From Nemertoderma westbladi (Eukaryota > Animalia > Xenacoelomorpha): a stretch of DNA of 64,000 bases. The notes under the pieces are model-generated. The model saw only the letters and a list, made by a program, of their open reading frames with translations. It did not search any database and was not told the origin of the DNA. The DNA is taken from assembly GCA_032718475.1 (NCBI GenBank), contig JAUCBJ010006703.1, positions 1-64,000 on the forward strand. The letters run 5' to 3'. This document shows positions 1 to 13,971 of the stretch, piece by piece. The stretch's first letter is position 1. Each line of letters starts with the position of its first letter. The translations under genes and the position numbers were made by a program.

Positions 1-3000
1 GATCCAGTACAGAAGGGCGTGCAGTTGCATAACGATCCAGTACAGAAGGGCGTACAGTTGCATAATGATCCAGTACAGAAGGGCGTACAGTTGCATAATG
101 ATCCAGTACAGAAGGGCGTACAGTTGCATAATGATCCAGTACAGAAGGGCGTACAGTTGCATAATGATCCAGTACAGAAGGGCGTACAGTTGCATAATGA
201 TCCAGTACAGAAGGGCGTACAGTTGCATAATGATCCAGTACAGAAGGGCGTACAGTTGCATAATGATCCAGTACAGAAGGGCGTACAGTTGCATAATGAT
301 CCAGTACAGAAGGGCGTGCAGTTGCATAACGATCCAGTACAGAAGGGCGTACAGTTGCATAATGATCCAGTACAGAAGGGCGTACAGTTGCATAATGATC
401 CAGTACAGAAGGGCGTACAGTTGCATAATGATCCAGTACAGAAGGGCGTACAGTTGCATAATGATCCAGTACAGAAGGGCGTACAGTTGCATAATGATCC
501 AGTACAGAAGGGCGTGCAGTTGCATAACGATCCAGTACAGAAGGGCGTGCAGTTGCATAACGATCCAGTACAGAAGGGCGTACAGTTGCATAATGATCCA
601 GTACAGAAGGGCGTGCAGTTGCATAACGATCCAGTACAGAAGGGCGTACAGTTGCATAATGATCCAGTACAGAAGGGCGTACAGTTGCATAATGATCCAG
701 TACAGAAGGGCGTACAGTTGCATAATGATCCAGTACAGAAGGGCGTACAGTTGCATAATGATCCAGTACAGAAGGGCGTGCAGTTGCATAACGATCCAGT
801 ACAGAAGGGCGTACAGTTGCATAATGATCCAGTACAGAAGGGCGTACAGTTGCATAATGATCCAGTACAGAAGGGCGTACAGTTGCATAACGATCCAGTA
901 CAGAAGGGCGTACAGTTGCATAACGATCCAGTACAGAAGGGCGTACAGTTGCATAATGATCCAGTACAGAAGGGCGTACAGTTGTATAATGATCCAGTAC
1001 AGAAGGGCGTACAGTTGCAAAATGATCCAGATTGTAAATGATCCAGTACAGAAGGGCGTACAGTTGCAAAATGATCCAGACAACTTGGTACAGTTGCATA
1101 ATGATCCAGTACAGAAGGGCGTGCAGTTGTATAATGATCCAGTACAGAAGGGCGTACAGTTGCAAAATGATCCAGACAACTTGGTACAGTTGCATAATGA
1201 TCCAGTACAGAAGGGCGTGCAGTTGTATAATGATCCAGTACAGAAGGGCGTGCAGTTGCATAATGATCCAGTACAGAAGGGCGTGCAGTTGTATAATGAT
1301 CCAGTACAGAAGGGCGTACAGTTGCATAATGATCCAGTACAGAAGGGCGTACAGTTGCATAATGATCCAGTACAGAAGGGCGTGCAGTTGTATAATGATC
1401 CAGTACAGAAGGGCGTGCAGTTGCATAACGATCCAGTACAGAAGGGCGTACAGTTGCATAATGATCCAGTACAGAAGGGCGTAAAGTTGCATAATGATCC
1501 AGTACAGAAGGGCGTACAGTTGTATAATGATCCAGTACAGAAGGGCGTACAGTTGCAAAATGATCCAGACAACTTGGTACAGTTGCATAATGATCCAGTA
1601 CAGAAGGGCGTGCAGTTGTATAATGATCCAGTACAGAAGGGCGTGCAGTTGTATAATGATCCAGTACAGAAGGGCGTGCAGTTGTATAATGATCCAGTAC
1701 AGAAGGGCGTACAGTTGCATAATGATCCAGTACAGAAGGGCGTACAGTTGCATAATGATCCAGTACAGAAGGGCGTGCAGTTGCATAATGATCCAGTACA
1801 GAAGGGCGTGCAGTTGCATAACGATCCAGTACAGAAGGGCGTACAGTTGCATAATGATCCAGTACAGAAGGGCGTAAAGTTGCATAATGATCCAGTACAG
1901 AAGGGCGTACAGTTGTATAATGATCCAGTACAGAAGGGCGTACAGTTGCATAATGATCCAGTACAGAAGGGCGTACAGTTGCATAATGATCCAGTACAGA
2001 AGGGCGTGCAGTTGCATAACGATCCAGTACAGAAGGGCGTACAGTTGTATAATGATCCAGTACAGAAGGGCGTACAGTTGCATAATGATCCAGTACAGAA
2101 GGGCGTACAGTTGCATAATGATCCAGTACAGAAGGGCGTGCAGTTGCATAACGATCCAGTACAGAAGGGCGTACAGTTGTATAATGATCCAGTACAGAAG
2201 GGCGTAAAGTTGCATAATGATCCAGTACAGAAGGGCGTACAGTTGTATAATGATCCAGTACAGAAGGGCGTACAGTTGCATAATGATCCAGTACAGAAGG
2301 GCGTGCAGTTGCATAACGATCCAGTACAGAAGGGCGTACAGTTGTATAATGATCCAGTACAGAAGGGCGTAAAGTTGCATAATGATCCAGTACAGAAGGG
2401 CGTACAGTTGTATAATGATCCAGTACAGAAGGGCGTAAAGTTGCATAATGATCCAGTACAGAAGGGCGTACAGTTGCATAATGATCCAGTACAGAAGGGC
2501 GTACAGTTGCAAAATGATCCAGTACAGAAGGGCGTACAGTTGTATAATGATCCAGTACAGAAGGGCGTACAGTTGCATAATGATCCAGTACAGAAGGGCG
2601 TACAGTTGTATAATGATCCAGTACAGAAGGGCGTACAGTTGCAAAATGATCCAGTACAGAAGGGCGTGCAGTTGCATAACGATCCAGTACAGAAGGGCGT
2701 ACAGTTGTATAATGATCCAGTACAGAAGGGCGTAAAGTTGCATAATGATCCAGTACAGAAGGGCGTGCAGTTGCATAACGATCCAGTACAGAAGGGCGTA
2801 CAGTTGTATAATGATCCAGTACAGAAGGGCGTACAGTTGCATAATGATCCAGTACAGAAGGGCGTACAGTTGTATAATGATCCAGTACAGAAGGGCGTAA
2901 AGTTGCATAATGATCCAGTACAGAAGGGCGTACAGTTGCATAATGATCCAGTACAGAAGGGCGTGCAGTTGCATAACGATCCAGTACAGAAGGGCGTACA

Positions 3001-6000
3001 GTTGTATAATGATCCAGTACAGAAGGGCGTGCAGTTGCATAATGATCCAGTACAGAAGGGCGTGCAGTTGCATAACGATCCAGTACAGAAGGGCGTAAAG
3101 TTGCATAATGATCCAGTACAGAAGGGCGTACAGTTGCATAATGATCCAGTACAGAAGGGCGTACAGTTGCATAATGATCCAGTACAGAAGGGCGTGCAGT
3201 TGCATAACGATCCAGTACAGAAGGGCGTACAGTTGTATAATGATCCAGTACAGAAGGGCGTACAGTTGCATAATGATCCAGTACAGAAGGGCGTACAGTT
3301 GTATAATGATCCAGTACAGAAGGGCGTACAGTTGCATAATGATCCAGTACAGAAGGGCGTGCAGTTGCATAACGATCCAGTACAGAAGGGCGTACAGTTG
3401 TATAATGATCCAGTACAGAAGGGCGTACAGTTGCATAATGATCCAGTACAGAAGGGCGTGCAGTTGTATAATGATCCAGTACAGAAGGGCGTGCAGTTGC
3501 ATAACGATCCAGTACAGAAGGGCGTACAGTTGCATAATGATCCAGTACAGAAGGGCGTGCAGTTGCATAATGATCCAGTACAGAAGGGCGTACAGTTGTA
3601 TAATGATCCAGTACAGAAGGGCGTACAGTTGCATAATGATCCAGTACAGAAGGGCGTACAGTTGTATAATGATCCAGTACAGAAGGGCGTAAAGTTGCAT
3701 AATGATCCAGTACAGAAGGGCGTACAGTTGCATAATGATCCAGTACAGAAGGGCGTACAGTTGCAAAATGATCCAGTACAGAAGGGCGTACAGTTGCATA
3801 ATGATCCAGTACAGACGGGCGTACAGTTGTATAATGATCCAGTACAGAAGGGCGTAAAGTTGCATAATGATCCAGTACAGAAGGGCGTACAGTTGCATAA
3901 TGATCCAGTACAGAAGGGCGTACAGTTGCATAATGATCCAGTACAGAAGGGCGTGCAGTTGCATAACGATCCAGTACAGAAGGGCGTACAGTTGTATAAT
4001 GATCCAGTACAGAAGGGCGTACAGTTGCATAATGATCCAGTACAGAAGGGCGTACAGTTGTATAATGATCCAGTACAGAAGGGCGTACAGTTGCATAATG
4101 ATCCAGTACAGAAGGGCGTGCAGTTGCATAACGATCCAGTACAGAAGGGCGTACAGTTGTATAATGATCCAGTACAGAAGGGCGTAAAGTTGCATAATGA
4201 TCCAGTACAGAAGGGCGTGCAGTTGTATAATGATCCAGTACAGAAGGGCGTGCAGTTGCATAACGATCCAGTACAGAAGGGCGTACAGTTGCATAATGAT
4301 CCAGTACAGAAGGGCGTGCAGTTGCATAATGATCCAGTACAGAAGGGCGTACAGTTGTATAATGATCCAGTACAGAAGGGCGTGCAGTTGCATAACGATC
4401 CAGTACAGAAGGGCGTACAGTTGCATAATGATCCAGTACAGAAGGGCGTACAGTTGTATAATGATCCAGTACAGAAGGGCGTACAGTTGTATAATGATCC
4501 AGTACAGAAGGGCGTACAGTTGTATAATGATCCAGTACAGAAGGGCGTGCAGTTGCATAACGATCCAGTACAGAAGGGCGTACAGTTGCATAACGATCCA
4601 GTACAGAAGGGCGTACAGTTGCATAACGATCCAGTACAGAAGGGCGTACAGTTGCATAATGATCCAGTACAGAAGGGCGTACAGTTGCATAATGATCCAG
4701 TACAGAAGGGCGTACAGTTGTATAATGATCCAGTACAGAAGGGCGTACAGTTGCATAATGATCCAGTACAGAAGGGCGTACAGTTGCATAACGATCCAGT
4801 ACAGAAGGGCGTACAGTTGCATAACGATCCAGTACAGAAGGGCGTACAGTTGCATAATGATCCAGTACAGAAGGGCGTGCAGTTGCATAACGATCCAGTA
4901 CAGAAGGGCGTACAGTTGTATAATGATCCAGTACAGAAGGGCGTAAAGTTGCATAATGATCCAGTACAGAAGGGCGTACAGTTGTATAATGATCCAGTAC
5001 AGAAGGGCGTACAGTTGTATAATGATCCAGTACAGAAGGGCGTACAGTTGCAAAATGATCCAGATTGTAAATGATTCAGTACAGAAGGGCGTACAGTTGC
5101 AAAATGATCCAGACAACTTGGTACAGTTGCATAATGATCCAGTACAGAAGGGCGTGCAGTTGTATAATGATCCAGTACAGAAGGGCGTACAGTTGCAAAA
5201 TGATCCAGACAACTTGGTACAGTTGCATAATGATCCAGTACAGAAGGGCGTGCAGTTGTATAATGATCCAGTACAGAAGGGCGTGCAGTTGTATAATGAT
5301 CCAGTACAGAAGGGCGTGCAGTTGTATAATGATCCAATACAGAAGGGCGTACAGTTGCATAATGATCCAGTACAGAAGGGCGTACAGTTGCATAATGATC
5401 CAGTACAGAAGGGCGTGCAGTTGTATAATGATCCAGTACAGAAGGGCGTGCAGTTGCATAACGATCCAGTACAGAAGGGCGTACAGTTGCATAATGATCC
5501 AGTACAGAAGGGCGTAAAGTTGCATAATGATCCAGTACAGAAGGGCGTACAGTTGTATAATGATCCAGTACAGAAGGGCGTACAGTTGCATAATGATCCA
5601 GTACAGAAGGGCGTGCAGTTGCATAATGATCCAGTACAGAAGGGCGTACAGTTGCATAATGATCCAGTACAGAAGGGCGTGCAGTTGCATAACGATCCAG
5701 TACAGAAGGGCGTACAGTTGTATAATGATCCAGTACAGAAGGGCGTGCAGTTGTATAATGATCCAGTACAGAAGGGCGTGCAGTTGCATAACGATCCAGT
5801 ACAGAAGGGCGTACAGTTGCATAATGATCCAGTACAGAAGGGCGTAAAGTTGCATAATGATCCAGTACAGAAGGGCGTACAGTTGTATAATGATCCAGTA
5901 CAGAAGGGCGTGCAGTTGTATAATGATCCAGTACAGAAGGGCGTGCAGTTGCATAACGATCCAGTACAGAAGGGCGTACAGTTGCATAATGATCCAGTAC

Positions 6001-9000
6001 AGAAGGGCGTAAAGTTGCATAATGATCCAGTACAGAAGGGCGTACAGTTGTATAACGATCCAGTACAGAAGGGCGTACAGTTGTATAATGATCCAGTACA
6101 GAAGGGCGTGCAGTTGTATAATGATCCAGTACAGAAGGGCGTGCAGTTGTATAATGATCCAGTACAGAAGGGCGTGCAGTTGCATAACGATCCAGTACAG
6201 AAGGGCGTACAGTTGCATAATGATCCAGTACAGAAGGGCGTAAAGTTGCATAATGATCCAGTACAGAAGGGCGTACAGTTGTATAACGATCCAGTACAGA
6301 AGGGCGTACAGTTGCATAATGATCCAGTACAGAAGGGCGTACAGTTGCATAATGATCCAGTACAGAAGGGCGTGCAGTTGTATAATGATCCAGTACAGAA
6401 GGGCGTACAGTTGCATAATGATCCAGTACAGAAGGGCGTGCAGTTGCATAATGATCCAGTACAGAAGGGCGTACAGTTGCATAATGATCCAGTACAGAAG
6501 GGCGTACAGTTGCAAAATGATCCAGTACAGAAGGGCGTACAGTTGTATAATGATCCAGTACAGAAGGGCGTGCAGTTGCATAATGATCCAGTACAGAAGG
6601 GCGTACAGTTGCATAATGATCCAGACAACTTGGTACAGTTGCATAATGGTCCAGTACAGAAGGGCGTACAGTTGCATAATGGTCCAGTACAGAAGGGCGT
6701 ACAGTTGTATAACGATCCAGTACAGAAGGGCGTACAGTTGCATAATGATCCAGTACAGAAGGGCGTACAGTTGTATAACGATCCAGTACAGAAGGGCGTA
6801 CAGTTGTATAATGATCCAGTACAGAAGGGCGTACAGTTGTATAATGATCCAGTACAGAAGGGCGTACAGTTGCATAATGATCCAGTACAGAAGGGCGTGC
6901 AGTTGTATAATGATCCAGTACAGAAGGGCGTGCAGTTGTATAATGATCCAGTACAGAAGGGCGTGCAGTTGTATAATGATCCAGTACAGAAGGGCGTACA
7001 GTTGTATAACGATCCAGTACAGAAGGGCGTACAGTTGTATAATGATCCAGTACAGAAGGACGTGCAGTTGCATAATGATCCAGTACAGAAGGGCGTACAG
7101 TTGTATAATGATCCAGTACAGAAGGGCGTACAGTTGTATAATGATCCAGTACAGAAGGGCGTACAGTTGCATAATGATCCAGTACAGAAGGGCGTGCAGT
7201 TGCATAATGATCCAGTACAGAAGGGCGTACAGTTGCATAATGATCCAGTACAGAAGGGCGTGCAGTTGCATAATGATCCAGTACAGAAGGGCGTACAGTT
7301 GCATAATGATCCAGTACAGAAGGGCGTACAGTTGTATAATGATCCAGTACAGAAGGGCGTACAGTTGCATAACGATCCAGTACAGAAGGGCGTACAGTTG
7401 TATAATGATCCAGTACAGAAGGGCGTACAGTTGTATAATGATCCAGTACAGAAGGGCGTACAGTTGCATAATGATCCAGTACAGAAGGGCGTGCAGTTGT
7501 ATAATGATCCAGTACAGAAGGGCGTGCAGTTGTATAATGATCCAGTACAGAAGGGCGTGCAGTTGTATAATGATCCAGTACAGAAGGGCGTACAGTTGCA
7601 TAATGATCCAGTACAGAAGGGCGTACAGTTGTATAATGATCCAGTACAGAAGGGCGTACAGTTGCATAATGATCCAGTACAGAAGGGCGTACAGTTGCAT
7701 AATGATCCAGTACAGAAGGGCGTACAGTTGCATAATGATCCAGTACAGAAGGGCGTACAGTTGCATAATGATCCAGACAACTTGGTACAGTTGCATAATG
7801 GTCCAGTACAGAAGGGCGTACAGTTGCATAATGGTCCAGTACAGAAGGGCGTACAGTTGTATAACGATCCAGTACAGAAGGGCGTACAGTTGCATAATGA
7901 TCCAGTACAGAAGGGCGTACAGTTGCATAACGATCCAGTACAGAAGGGCGTACAGTTGTATAATGATCCAGTACAGAAGGGCGTGCAGTTGCATAATGAT
8001 CCAGTACAGAAGGGCGTACAGTTGCATAATGATCCAGTACAGAAGGGCGTGCAGTTGTATAATGATCCAGTACAGAAGGGCGTGCAGTTGTATAATGATC
8101 CAGTACAGAAGGGCGTGCAGTTGCATAATGATCCAGTACAGAAGGGCGTACAGTTGCATAATGATCCAGTACAGAAGGGCGTACAGTTGCATAATGATCC
8201 AGACAACTTGGTACAGTTGCATAATGGTCCAGTACAGAAGGGCGTACAGTTGCATAATGATCCAGTACAGAAGGGCGTACAGTTGCATAATGATCCAGTA
8301 CAGAAGGGCGTACAGTTGCATAATGATCCAGTACAGAAGGGCGTGCAGTTGTATAATGATCCAGTACAGAAGGGCGTACAGTTGCATAATGATCCAGACA
8401 ACTTGGTACAGTTGCATAATGATCCAGTACAGAAGGGCGTACAGTTGCATAATGATCCAGTACAGAAGGGCGTACAGTTGTATAATGATCCAGTACAGAA
8501 GGGCGTACAGTTGCATAATGATCCAGTACAGAAGGGCGTACAGTTGCATAATGATCCAGTACAGAAGGGCGTACAGTTGCATAATGATCCAGTACAGAAG
8601 GGCGTACAGTTGCATAATGATCCAGTACAGAAGGGCGTGCAGTTGTATAATGATCCAGTACAGAAGGGCGTACAGTTGCATAATGATCCAGTACAGAAGG
8701 GCGTGCAGTTGTATAATGATCCAGTACAGAAGGGCGTACAGTTGCATAATGATCCAGACAACTTGGTACAGTTGCATAATGGTCCAGTACAGAAGGGCGT
8801 ACAGTTGCATAATGATCCAGTACAGAAGGGCGTACAGTTGCATAATGATCCAGTACAGAAGGGCGTACAGTTGCATAATGATCCAGACAACTTGGTACAG
8901 TTGCATAATGATCCAGTACAGAAGGGCGTACAGTTGCATAATGGTCCAGTACAGAAGGGCGTACAGTTGCATAATGATCCAGTACAGAAGGGCGTACAGT

Positions 9001-12000
9001 TGCATAATGATCCAGACAACTTGGTACAGTTGCATAATGGTCCAGTACAGAAGGGCGTACAGTTGCATAATGATCCAGTACAGAAGGGCGTACAGTTGCA
9101 TAATGATCCAGTACAGAAGGGCGTACAGTTGCATAATGATCCAGACAACTTGGTACAGTTGCATAATGGTCCAGTACAGAAGGGCGTACAGTTGCATAAT
9201 GATCCAGTACAGAAGGGCGTACAGTTGCATAATGATCCAGTACAGAAGGGCGTACAGTTGCATAATGATCCAGTACAGAAGGGCGTACAGTTGCATAATG
9301 ATCCAGTACAGAAGGGCGTGCAGTTGTATAATGATCCAGTACAGAAGGGCGTGCAGTTGCATAATGATCCAGTACAGAAGGGCGTACAGTTGCATAATGA
9401 TCCAGACAACTTGGTACAGTTGCATAATGGTCCAGTACAGAAGGGCGTACAGTTGCATAATGATCCAGTACAGAAGGGCGTACAGTTGCATAATGATCCA
9501 GTACAGAAGGGCGTACAGTTGCATAATGATCCAGTACAGAAGGGCGTACAGTTGCATAATGATCCAGTACAGAAGGGCGTACAGTTGTATAACGATCCAG
9601 TACAGAAGGGCGTACAGTTGCATAATGATCCAGTACAGAAGGGCGTGCAGTTGCATAATGATCCAGTACAGAAGGGCGTACAGTTGCATAATGATCCAGT
9701 ACAGAAGGGCGTACAGTTGCATAATGATCCAGACAACTTGGTACAGTTGCATAATGGTCCAGTACAGAAGGGCGTACAGTTGCATAATGGTCCAGTACAG
9801 AAGGGCGTACAGTTGTATAACGATCCAGTACAGAAGGGCGTAAAGTTGCATAATGATCCAGTACAGAAGGGCGTACAGTTGCATAATGATCCAGTACAGA
9901 AGGGCGTACAGTTGTATAACGATCCAGTACAGAAGGGCGTACAGTTGTATAATGATCCAGTACAGAAGGGCGTGCAGTTGTATAATGATCCAGTACAGAA
10001 GGGCGTACAGTTGCAAAATGATCCAGTACAGAAGGGCGTACAGTTGTATAATGATCCAGTACAGAAGGGCGTGCAGTTGCATAATGATCCAGTACAGAAG
10101 GGCGTACAGTTGCATAATGATCCAGACAACTTGGTACAGTTGCATAATGGTCCAGTACAGAAGGGCGTACAGTTGCATAATGGTCCAGTACAGAAGGGCG
10201 TACAGTTGTATAACGATCCAGTACAGAAGGGCGTAAAGTTGCATAATGATCCAGTACAGAAGGGCGTACAGTTGTATAACGATCCAGTACAGAAGGGCGT
10301 ACAGTTGTATAATGATCCAGTACAGAAGGGCGTGCAGTTGTATAATGATCCAGTACAGAAGGGCGTGCAGTTGTATAATGATCCAGTACAGAAGGGCGTG
10401 CAGTTGCATAACGATCCAGTACAGAAGGGCGTACAGTTGCATAATGATCCAGTACAGAAGGGCGTAAAGTTGCATAATGATCCAGTACAGAAGGGCGTAC
10501 AGTTGTATAACGATCCAGTACAGAAGGGCGTACAGTTGCATAATGATCCAGTACAGAAGGGCGTACAGTTGCATAATGATCCAGTACAGAAGGGCGTGCA
10601 GTTGTATAATGATCCAGTACAGAAGGGCGTACAGTTGCATAATGATCCAGTACAGAAGGGCGTGCAGTTGCATAATGATCCAGTACAGAAGGGCGTACAG
10701 TTGCATAATGATCCAGTACAGAAGGGCGTACAGTTGCATAATGGTCCAGTACAGAAGGGCGTACAGTTGCATAATGGTCCAGTACAGAAGGGCGTACAGT
10801 TGTATAACGATCCAGTACAGAAGGGCGTACAGTTGCATAATGATCCAGTACAGAAGGGCGTGCAGTTGCATAACGATCCAGTACAGAAGGGCGTACAGTT
10901 GCATAATGATCCAGTACAGAAGGGCGTGCAGTTGCATAACGATCCAGTACAGAAGGGCGTACAGTTGTATAATGATCCAGTACAGAAGTGCGTAAAGTTG
11001 CATAATGAGCCAGTACAGAAGGGCGTACAGTTGTATAATGATCCAGTACAGAAGGGCGTGCAGTTGTATAATGATCCAGTACAGAATGGCGTACAGTTGC
11101 ATAATGATCCAGTACAGAAGGGCGTACAGTTGTATAATAATCCAGTACAGAAGGGCGTACAGTTGCATAATGATCCAGTCAAGAAGGGCGTACAGTTGCA
11201 TAATGATCCAGTACAGAAGGGCGTGCAGTTGTATAATGATCCAGTACAGAAGGGCGTACAGTTGCATAATGATCCAGACAACTTGGTACAGTTGTATAAT
11301 GATCCAGTACAGAAGGGCGTACAGTTGCAAAATGATCCAGACAACTTGGTACAGTTGCATAATGATCCAGTACAGAAGGGCGTACAGTTGCATAATGATC
11401 CAGTACAGAAGGGCGTACAGTTGTATAATGATCCAGTACAGAAGGGCGTGCAGTTGTATAATGATCCAGTACAGAAGGGCGTACAGTTGCATAATGATCC
11501 AGACAACTTGGTACAGTTGCATAATGATCCAGACAACTTGGTACAGTTGCATAATGATCCAGTACAGAAGGGCGTGCAGTTGCATAATGATCCAGTACAG
11601 AAGGGCGTGCAGTTGCATAATGATCCAGACAACTTGGTACAGTTGCATAATGATCCAGACAACTTGGTACAGTTGCATAATGATCCAGACAACTTGGTAC
11701 AGTTGCATAATGATCCAGACAACTTGGTACAGTTGCATGATGATCCAGACAACTTGGTACAGTTGCATAATGATCCAGACAACTTGGTACAGTTGCATAA
11801 TGATCCAGTACAGAAGGGCGTGCAGTTGCATAATGATCCAGTACAGAAGGGCGTGCAGTTGCATAATGATCCAGACAACTTGGTACAGTTGCATAATGAT
11901 CCAGACAACTTGGTACAGTTGCATAATGATCCAGACAACTTGGTACAGTTGCATAATGATCCAGACAACTTGGTACAGTTGCATAATGATCCAGACAACT

Positions 12001-12152
12001 TGGTACAGTTGCATAATGATCCAGACAACTTGGTACAGTTGCATAATGATCCAGACAACTTGGTACAGTTGCATAATGATCCAGACAACTTGGTACAGTT
12101 GCATAATGATCCAGACAACTTGGTACAGTTGCATAATGATCCAGACAACTTG
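1..12152. repeat. Satellite array A: 33-bp unit GATCCAGTACAGAAGGGCGTACAGTTGCATAAT, with a 30-bp variant GATCCAGACAACTTGGTACAGTTGCATAAT; runs off the left edge of the window
   Basis: Directly visible tandem repeat of roughly 370 units, with recurring point variants (GTA/GTG, CAT/TAT/CAA, AAT/AAC, CAG/AAG, GAT/GGT). It ends at ...CCAGACAACTTGTAG near 12155. Confidence 0.98.
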
Positions 12153-12212
12153 TAGACAGTTGTAATTATTTATTTTGCTGCCTTCCCGATTAAATGATAT
12201 TTAATGAATTGA

Positions 12213-12276
12213 TATGGAAACAAGGTGTACGTACACCTTGTATGGAAACAAGGTGTACGTACACCTTGTATGGAAA
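12213..12276. repeat. Two copies of the perfect 20-bp palindrome CAAGGTGTACGTACACCTTG, separated and flanked by TATGGAAA
   Basis: TATGGAAA at 12213-12220, 12241-12248 and 12269-12276; palindrome at 12221-12240 and 12249-12268. Confidence 0.9.
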
Positions 12277-13391
12277 CCACAGCTCCTAAAGCCCCAGTAG
12301 GAAGTTGATATCTGTGACATTTTAATATACTGCCAAACTGAACATTTTACGGTATGGAATCAGTTTAATTGAACACATTGTAAGAGAACCATCAAAACTG
12401 CAAACCCTCTCAGCGAACAGTTATCATTATAATATGGCTAGTTATATATTGGCTTCCGACACGGACACACATACTACACGCCCGCCACCCCCCAGACTTA
12501 TGGAGAACAGCCCCCACAAGACCCCCCCCCCCCCCCCCCACAACCGAGATAATAGCAGCACAGAGCTGGAATTAATTAATAGGCGCCAGCTGCACTGGTT
12601 CCCTTCCTCACATAGCAACAGAGATGAGATAGATAGTCTCATAGGATTCCAAATGATTTGATTTGATTTTGCCCCTTTGATTTGTAGGTATGTTATTAGA
12701 AACTCATGTTTCTTTTTTAATAAATGGTTCGAAATGCTAATTTAGCATTGCTAGAGTGAACTAAAATATATATTAATAACAGTACCGGTTATTTATTATA
12801 ACTAATATGCATATTATTAAGTAGCACAACAAACTAAATAACATTTCGAATAATGTTATCACTAATAATAGCCTCTACGGCAGCCCAACCAACGAAATAA
12901 TTGGCAAACACTAGTTAGTAAGTCGGGGTTTTTTAAATAAATAACACCAAATATAATCATACTAACTATAAATGGAGCAATAATATTATAGAATAGCTCG
13001 TGGTGTCGTTAAATCCATCTCCATTCACGCAATATGTATAAACATTGTAGACTATTGTACTGTTTGGCCATCACAATGATATGAATGTAATATTTCTTAT
13101 TGGAACGATATTAAAATCAATTTAATCTGAGACTCAGCTCACAGGGAACTAATATACTACTGATGGCGCTGTACTCAATTAATTTGTTGGTATAATTTTG
13201 GATTAAATTGAATTTGTTAATTACATTTAAATATATAACAATAGAAAAATAAATTATGAATACCACCAATAATAATCAATGTACTACGATTTAACGACAG
13301 TGGCAATCTGGACTAGAGCCACTAGACCTGTGTGGAAAACCCCTGACAGTGATAAATGTTACCCTAGAAACCGGACTACTAAGAGAACCAA

Positions 13392-13971
13392 CTAAGTAAT
13401 AACAGTAGGTTTTTGTCTTCCAGTTAGTTTCTCTAAGTCCGATATCCTCAGTGCTATATCGACTAACGGCCCCAAAACCTTACTGGCCTCCATCACTTGT
13501 CGTTCAGCCTTCGCTTCGTAAGACTCGACATACATCCGGATGGTAGCCCCGGCACTACCTGTCCCGCTAAGTCGGTAGATTATTCTAGAACCGTCGTCCA
13601 TAATAACCCGGATCCCCTGTTTACTGACCACGCTCCCGTCCACGGTGTCAGTGTACGAGAAGTCATCGACCTTTGCCACCTTGTACGTGACACCGCCGCT
13701 GCTAAACTCCTTGTTTACCAAGGAATTATCCGCCATGGCTTTGCGGAGGTTCTCAACCATCTTATTGGCGCCTTCTGTAGCGACCTCTTCGTAGTCGTAA
13801 CGAGTGAAGAAATTGCGACCGTAAACCGACCAATGGCGGCTGAGAATGTCTGCGACTTCGAGCTTTTTGGTGGCCATTATAGAGGCCCAGGCCAGGAAGG
13901 CCCAGAGGCCGTCTTTCTCCCTGATGTGGTCTGATCCAGTACCGAAACTTTCCTCTCCACAGATACTCAAC
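13392..13971 (-). CDS. PGM1: PGM exon 2 ([10 protein letters not shown]...PTVIT*)
   Basis: Acceptor TTCCATAAG| ends at 13972; stop TAG ends at 13392; C-terminal part of ORF 13392..14135. Confidence 0.93.

Noticed and set aside
19-12165. Very long ORFs (up to 2399 aa) such as (QLHNDPVQKGV)n, (IMIQYRRAYSC)n and (IIMQLYALLYW)n
   Set aside because: The unit is a multiple of 3 and stop-free in five of six frames, so long ORFs are expected. Frames shift at the 1031 and 5064 interruptions, and there is no unique domain or splice context.
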